From Acidimicrobiia bacterium (GTDB lineage: Bacteria > Actinomycetota > Acidimicrobiia > Spongiisociales > Spongiisociaceae), in assembly GCA_041576165.1 (NCBI GenBank), contig JBFGLM010000005.1, positions 32,001 to 96,000 of the forward strand: a stretch of 64,000 nt of DNA, written 5' to 3'. The position numbers were made by a program, and so were the translations under genes. The notes beneath the pieces are model-generated. The model searched no databases. It was not told the origin of the DNA and saw only the letters and a program-made list of their open reading frames with translations. Shown here piece by piece: positions 58,824-64,000 of the stretch. The first letter of the stretch is position 1, and every line of letters starts with the position of its first letter.

Positions 58824-59725
58824 GCGATCCTCCGATATTGCCATCGCGTCACGAGTGCTGCCACGATCACCAACAGCGCTGCTACGACCAGCGACGCCCA
58901 GGGCGCAAACCCAGCTCGTTCGGGCAGATGCTCGATCGTGTCGATGTCGAAGATCCAGTCCCGCACGTACCGGGGATGCTGCTCCACAGCCACCAGCCCG
59001 AACCAGCGGCCGATCGCGAGGTTGGTTCCTTCGATGAAGAACGCGGCCGTGGCGTTGAGGATGAACATCGTTCCAAGGAACAGCCCGGCGGCCGCCCCAA
59101 CTCGCGGGACGAACGCAGCGATCATCACGGCGACGGAGGCGTGAACCGCGAAATAGACGAGAGCCGCCGCCGGGATCTTCCACAGTACGTCCAGATGGGC
59201 GCCGAGATAGGAGAGAAAGCCCGCCCGGTCCACTGCAGCCAGACCGATGTGGAAAGCGAGTTGCGGCACCAGATAGAAACTGAGGATCAGTGAGCCGAGC
59301 GCCGCCAGCTTGCCCAGCAGGTAGAGATCGCTGTCGAGCGGCCGCGAGAAATAGACGTTGAGCACACCTTGGACCCGGTCCGGCACAAATAGCTCGGCCG
59401 CCGCCAGCGACATGAACAGCAGGGCCACGACCGAGATGAAATCGAAGTATTCGCCGTAACCGGGGAGCAGCTCCTGTCCTTCGCCGGGAGCGATGGGGGC
59501 GTTTGCGGCCACCCAGTGGATGCCGATGAGGATGGCCACCGAGGCGAGCGCCAAGCTGATGAGAAACCATGGCAGAACTTTGCGCCGCGCCTTGCGGCGT
59601 AGGCCCAGCACCCGACGGTAGCCCTCCCGGACGATCGCGCCGACCGCACCTCGCGATCCGGTGCGGTGGCCGTCGTAGCCGCGGTAGCCGCGATCGACGA
59701 TGACGGCGTCGCTGCGCTCACTCAC
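58820..59725 (-). CDS. ABC exporter permease
   Basis: TM-rich; PDRVQGVLNVYFSRPL..YLLGK. Confidence 0.88.
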   Translation of the reverse strand: MSERSDAVIVDRGYRGYDGHRTGSRGAVGAIVREGYRRVLGLRRKARRKVLPWFLISLALASVAILIGIHWVAANAPIAPGEGQELLPGYGEYFDFISVVALLFMSLAAAELFVPDRVQGVLNVYFSRPLDSDLYLLGKLAALGSLILSFYLVPQLAFHIGLAAVDRAGFLSYLGAHLDVLWKIPAAALVYFAVHASVAVMIAAFVPRVGAAAGLFLGTMFILNATAAFFIEGTNLAIGRWFGLVAVEQHPRYVRDWIFDIDTIEHLPERAGFAPWASLVVAALLVIVAALVTRWQYRRIA

Positions 59726-60624
59726 CGGGCGCCTCCCAGGAAGAGATCCTCGAGACTGGTCAGCGACGTCCCCATGCGCCGCAAGCCGAGCTGGTGCTCG
59801 GCGAGCGTGTCGCGGACCAGATCGAACACGTCCGCGCCGCCCCGATAGACGACGCGCACGATCTGGCCGTCGACACGGGCTTCGGCCCCCCTGGCGGAGA
59901 GGGCAGCTGCCAGCTTGCGGGGATCACCGATTATCTCCACGCTGACCTCGTCGCCCCCGGCCGGCGGCTCGAGCGGGGCGTTGCGGATCAGCCGACCGGC
60001 GTCGAACATCACGACCCAATCGCACGTCTGCTCGATGTCCTCGAGTATGTGCGATGAGAAGATCACGTTGATCCCGAACTCGCGCAGGCGCCGGATCAGC
60101 GACAGCATCTGCTCGCGCCCCGCCGGATCCAACCCCGAGGCGGGCTCGTCGAGCAGCACGAGTTCCGGATCGCCCACGATGCTCTGCGCCAGCTTGACCC
60201 GCTGTTGCATTCCGGTCGAGAAGTCGCCCAGGTAGCGGAACCGCTCCTCGTGCAATCCGACCAGGAATAGTGTCTCGGACGACCGCCGGCGAGCTTCGCT
60301 GGCTGGCATTCCCGCCAGCTCCGCGGCAAATGCGACGAAGTCGGCCGCGGTTTGATCGAGCGGCAGACATTTGCCTTCGGGCATGTAGCCAACTCGGGCT
60401 CGCACCGCCAGCGGGTCGGCGGCCACGGGCGTGCCGAGCACTGTGACGGAGCCGGCCGCAGGATGGAGCAATCCCAGGATGATTCGTAGGAGGGTGGTCT
60501 TGCCGGCACCATTGGCGCCGACCAATCCGACGACCCCCTGGGGAATCTCGACGTCGACGTTGTCGAGGGCGAGGACTGTTCCCCCGTAGTCGTGGCTGAG
60601 GGCCGACGTCTCGACGAGGGTCAT
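59722..60624 (-). CDS. ABC transporter ATP-binding protein
   Basis: GANGAGKT, FSTGMQQR, LLDEPASGLD, SSH. Confidence 0.93.
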   Translation of the reverse strand: MTLVETSALSHDYGGTVLALDNVDVEIPQGVVGLVGANGAGKTTLLRIILGLLHPAAGSVTVLGTPVAADPLAVRARVGYMPEGKCLPLDQTAADFVAFAAELAGMPASEARRRSSETLFLVGLHEERFRYLGDFSTGMQQRVKLAQSIVGDPELVLLDEPASGLDPAGREQMLSLIRRLREFGINVIFSSHILEDIEQTCDWVVMFDAGRLIRNAPLEPPAGGDEVSVEIIGDPRKLAAALSARGAEARVDGQIVRVVYRGGADVFDLVRDTLAEHQLGLRRMGTSLTSLEDLFLGGAR

Positions 60625-60628
60625 CCGG

Positions 60629-60859
60629 TCAGGAGGCGTCGGGGCTGCTGCGCCGCCGGATGATGCCGCGCCGTTCGAGCGGTTCCCGGATCTTGTTGAC
60701 CGTCCGCCGCGCCCACAGGAACTCCCGGCTCAGCACGAGCAGCCCGCCGATCACCAGGGCCCATCCCGGCAGTATCGGCAAGACGATGCCGGCCAGGCCC
60801 AGGACGATCAGCGCGATGCCGATCAGTCCGGTTCCGATGCGCACGATTGCTCGCCCCAT
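60629..60859 (-). CDS. Small membrane protein (PGPGW-like)
   Basis: GIVLPILPGWALVIGGLLVLSREFLWA. Confidence 0.75.
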   Translation of the reverse strand: MGRAIVRIGTGLIGIALIVLGLAGIVLPILPGWALVIGGLLVLSREFLWARRTVNKIREPLERRGIIRRRSSPDAS

Positions 60860-60946
60860 AGCCGTGAGGCTATCCGAATCTCCGGTCAACGGTGACGGCC
60901 TGGGCAACCGAACGGCGGCGCCCAAGGTTTGCCGAAGCGGCCGGAG

Positions 60947-62584
60947 TCACTCGGCCACGTCGATCTTCTTGAACAGCGGGACGACCTCGCCCAGTGGCGT
61001 GCCCGGTTCGAGATCCTCCCGGTTCCATAGATGGTCCTCCACCGCCCCCTTGTGGCCGAGCATCTCATGCACCCTTTGACTGCTGACCGGCAGATAAGGG
61101 GCCATTGCCACTTTCACTCCGTTGATGGCGCTCAATGCCACAAACAAGGTGGTCGCAGTTCGTTCTGGATCGGTCTTGGCCGTTTTCCATGGCTCGGTGC
61201 TGTTCAGGTAAACGTTGATCTCCTGAGCGGCGTCCATGGCCGTTCGTAACGCTGCCCGGAGCTCGACCTTCTCCAGCTGATCGGACGCCGTCTCGAGGGC
61301 GGCATCGACCGTCCCCAGCAACCTGAGGTCTTGATCATCGAGTGAACCCGGCGCCGGGATCGACCCTGCAAAGTTCTTGTGGGTCAACGACAGGACTCGG
61401 TTGACCAGGTTGCCCCACGTGGCGACCAGCTCATCGTTGATGCGACGAGCGATCTCATCTTCCGACATGTCCGTGTCGTTTTGCTCCGGCAGGTTGGCGG
61501 CCAATGCGTAGCGGAGGGCGTCCGGCTCGTACCGATCGAGCGCCTCGCCGATCGTGAGTCCCACCCCCCGGCTGGCCGAGGCCTTCCCGCCTTTGAACGT
61601 GACGTATTGGTTGGCCGGGACGTTGGTGGGGAGCTGCAGCCCGCCGTAGCCCATCAGCATTGCCGGCCAGATGATCGTGTGGAACGGGATGTTGTCTTTC
61701 CCGATGAAGTACACGTGTTCGGCGTGCTCGTTATGCCACCAGTCTTTCCAGGCACCCGGGTTGCCGTGGATCTTTGCCCACTCCTTCGCGGCTGAGAGAT
61801 AGCCGATCACGGCGTCGAACCAGACATAGATCTTCTTGCCGGGCCCCAGGTCGTCGACCGGGATATCAACTCCCCAATCGATATCGCGGGTGATGGCCCG
61901 ATCCTGCAGGCCCTCCTCGATCCAGCCGAGTGAGAAGTTGAGCACATGCTTGCGCCAGCCTCGCCGGGAGCGGAGCCAGTCGCCCAGCCGCTGCTGGAAA
62001 TCGGACAACCGCAGATAGAAATGCTCGGTGGGCCGGGTCTCGGGAGTAGCTCCGCTGAGTTTGGACCGCGGGTTGATCAGATCGGTCGGGTCGAGGGTTC
62101 GGCCGCAGTTGTCGCACTGGTCGCCCCGGGCGTCCGGGTAGTCGCAGTGGGGGCATTGGCCCTCGATGTAGCGATCCGGTAGGAAACGCTCGACCTGGGG
62201 ATCGAACATCTGCTCGGACGTTCGTTTGTCGATGTAACCCTTTTCGAGCAGCCGCAAGAAGAGGTCCTGGGTAACAGCATGATGGTTGGGAGTGCCGGTG
62301 GTGGTGAACAGATCCCACGACATTGACAGGCGGTCCCACTCGTCCAGGAATTCGGCGTGGTAGCGATCGACGATCTCCTGAGGTGGTACACCTTCCTCGT
62401 CCGCCCGGACCGTGATCGGGGTGCCATGGACGTCGCTGCCCGACACCATGAGCACCCGGTTGCCGGCGTGGCGGTGGTAGCGGGCAAAGATGTCGGCGGG
62501 CAGATAGGCGCCGGCGAGGTGTCCGATGTGGCGGGAGCCGCTGGCATATGGCCACGCGACGGCCACCAGTACGTGCTTGCTCAT
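60947..62584 (-). CDS. metG: Methionine--tRNA ligase
   Basis: AWPYASGSRHIGH, SGSDVHG, CPHC..GDQCDNC, YVWFDA, FIGKDNIPFH, WGNLVNR. Confidence 0.96.
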   Translation of the reverse strand: MSKHVLVAVAWPYASGSRHIGHLAGAYLPADIFARYHRHAGNRVLMVSGSDVHGTPITVRADEEGVPPQEIVDRYHAEFLDEWDRLSMSWDLFTTTGTPNHHAVTQDLFLRLLEKGYIDKRTSEQMFDPQVERFLPDRYIEGQCPHCDYPDARGDQCDNCGRTLDPTDLINPRSKLSGATPETRPTEHFYLRLSDFQQRLGDWLRSRRGWRKHVLNFSLGWIEEGLQDRAITRDIDWGVDIPVDDLGPGKKIYVWFDAVIGYLSAAKEWAKIHGNPGAWKDWWHNEHAEHVYFIGKDNIPFHTIIWPAMLMGYGGLQLPTNVPANQYVTFKGGKASASRGVGLTIGEALDRYEPDALRYALAANLPEQNDTDMSEDEIARRINDELVATWGNLVNRVLSLTHKNFAGSIPAPGSLDDQDLRLLGTVDAALETASDQLEKVELRAALRTAMDAAQEINVYLNSTEPWKTAKTDPERTATTLFVALSAINGVKVAMAPYLPVSSQRVHEMLGHKGAVEDHLWNREDLEPGTPLGEVVPLFKKIDVAE

Positions 62585-62687
62585 GGGGGAGGAGCGTAGC
62601 GACGTCCCCATGCGCACGAATCGGGATTACTGGGCGGGCTAGCGCACGTCCGGATGATGCGCCATCATCCGGACAGAGGAGGCACAC

Positions 62688-63914
62688 ATGGCCCAGATCA
62701 GCCGCACCCTCGCGACGTTACGGTCGGTCATCCGATTTCGCGAGTTCGAGCGTGACCCGGTGCTCCGGAGGCTGGCGACCGCCGCCGACATCGGTGATCT
62801 CCGCCGCATCGCCCGGAAGCGTCTGCCGGGCGGCGTGTTCGATTACATCGATGGCGCGGCTGAAGACGAGCGCACCAAGGCGAAAAACGAGGATTCGTTC
62901 CGCCGTCTGGAGTTCCGTCCCCGCGTCCTGCGCGACGTCAGCGGTATCGACCCGTCTTCCACGCTGCTGGGCCGGCCGCTTGCCTATCCGCTGGTCTTGG
63001 CCCCCACGGGATTTTCCCGCATCGCCCATCCCGACGGGGAGCTGGCGGTGGCCCGCGCCGCCCAGCGGGCCGGCATCCCCTACAGCCTCTCGACGCTGAG
63101 CACCCGTTCGATCGAGGAGGTGGCGGCGGTCAGCTCAGGGCGCAATTGGTTCCAGGTGTACGTCTGGAAGGACCGGGGGTTGGTCAAGGAGATGCTGGAG
63201 CGGGCGGCGGAGAGCGGTTATGAGGCCATAGTCATCACCGTCGACACTGCCGTGCTGGGCCGCAGGGAGCGTGATGTGCGTCGAGGGTTCAGCCTGCCCC
63301 CCAAGATCGGCCTCGACACCATCATCGACGGCTTCCTGCATCCGGGCTGGACGCTCGAGTTCATGCGCTCGGAGCCGATCGCGTTCGCCAATGTGGTGGG
63401 TCGGTCGGTGGGCGATGGATCAGATCCGGTGTCACTCTCCGAGTACATCAACTCACAGTTTGACCAGAGCTTGTCCTGGGCGGACATCGAATGGTTTCGG
63501 TCGGCGTGGAACGGGCCGGTGATCATCAAGGGCGTCCAGACCGTCGCGGATGCTGTTTTGGCGGCAGATGCCGGTGTGGAGGCGATCGCACTGTCCAATC
63601 ACGGCGGGCGGCAGCTCGACGATGCGCCGGCCCCCATCGATCTCGTTGCTCCCGTGGCCGAAGCTGTGGGCGACCGCCTCGAGATCATTTGTGACGGAGG
63701 CGTTCGTCGGGGCAGTGACATCGTCAAGGCATTGGCCCTGGGAGCAACGGCCTGCATGGCGGGCCGTGCCTACCTGTACGGCCTGGGGGCGGGAGGCGAG
63801 CGCGGGGTCGATCACGTGCTCACATTCCTACGCAGCGGCGTCGAGCGGACGATGGCATTGTGCGGCGTCCGGCGGATCGCAGACCTCTCCCACGATCTCG
63901 TGGTCCGTCGCTGA
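62688..63914 (+). CDS. lldD: FMN-dependent alpha-hydroxy acid dehydrogenase (L-lactate dehydrogenase-like)
   Basis: FDYIDGAAEDE, APTG, WFQVY, SNHGGRQLD, DGGVRRGSDIVKALALGA. Confidence 0.88.
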   Translation: MAQISRTLATLRSVIRFREFERDPVLRRLATAADIGDLRRIARKRLPGGVFDYIDGAAEDERTKAKNEDSFRRLEFRPRVLRDVSGIDPSSTLLGRPLAYPLVLAPTGFSRIAHPDGELAVARAAQRAGIPYSLSTLSTRSIEEVAAVSSGRNWFQVYVWKDRGLVKEMLERAAESGYEAIVITVDTAVLGRRERDVRRGFSLPPKIGLDTIIDGFLHPGWTLEFMRSEPIAFANVVGRSVGDGSDPVSLSEYINSQFDQSLSWADIEWFRSAWNGPVIIKGVQTVADAVLAADAGVEAIALSNHGGRQLDDAPAPIDLVAPVAEAVGDRLEIICDGGVRRGSDIVKALALGATACMAGRAYLYGLGAGGERGVDHVLTFLRSGVERTMALCGVRRIADLSHDLVVRR

Positions 63915-64000
63915 GCCGGCGCCTGGGATCGCAGTTCGCGCGGCCAATGGGCGATGCTTCAATAGTGGGACCATGGATACGACGCTCTCGGCCCTGGCGG

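Noticed and set aside
62688-63914. Mycofactocin mftD assignment
   Set aside because: No mftA/B/C genes in the window; an LldD-like call is more parsimonious
63973-64000. Possible start of the next gene (MDTTLSALA)
   Set aside because: Only nine codons fall inside the window

Overview
High-GC actinobacterial DNA. Gene content (egtABCD, Ni-SOD, F420-type PPOX protein, SLH proteins, korAB, many apparently leaderless genes) suggests Acidimicrobiia; this is inference. The first 16.6 kb is an operon of two translationally coupled giant proteins (2911 aa and ~2508 aa) with no recognisable enzyme motifs or signal peptides. Protein 1 has a long beta-rich N-terminal third, several FN3-like modules and degenerate C-terminal repeats; protein 2 carries a LamG-like module. 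This pair is the best candidate for an undescribed system. The rest is mostly housekeeping/metabolic: PPOX protein, acyl-CoA dehydrogenase, flavodoxin-like protein, hrpA, Tyr-phosphatase, moaA, ArsR-permease, egtABCD, Mca/MshB-like deacetylase, ABC-F, korAB, amidase, sodN/sodX, an ABC exporter, metG and an alpha-hydroxy-acid dehydrogenase. A decayed patch at 26.1-30.6 kb holds a MobF/TrwC relaxase-helicase remnant, a lipase pseudogene, and a ~175-bp duplication that placed the promoter, leader and first ~13 codons of an RRM gene in front of a methyltransferase. A c-di-GMP/surface-protein module (HK-EAL fusion, GGDEF with degenerate EAL, SLH and Pro/Thr-rich proteins) lies at 41.7-48.9 kb. No rRNA, tRNA, CRISPR array or intact mobile element was seen. 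All family assignments are by eye from motifs; no searches were run.
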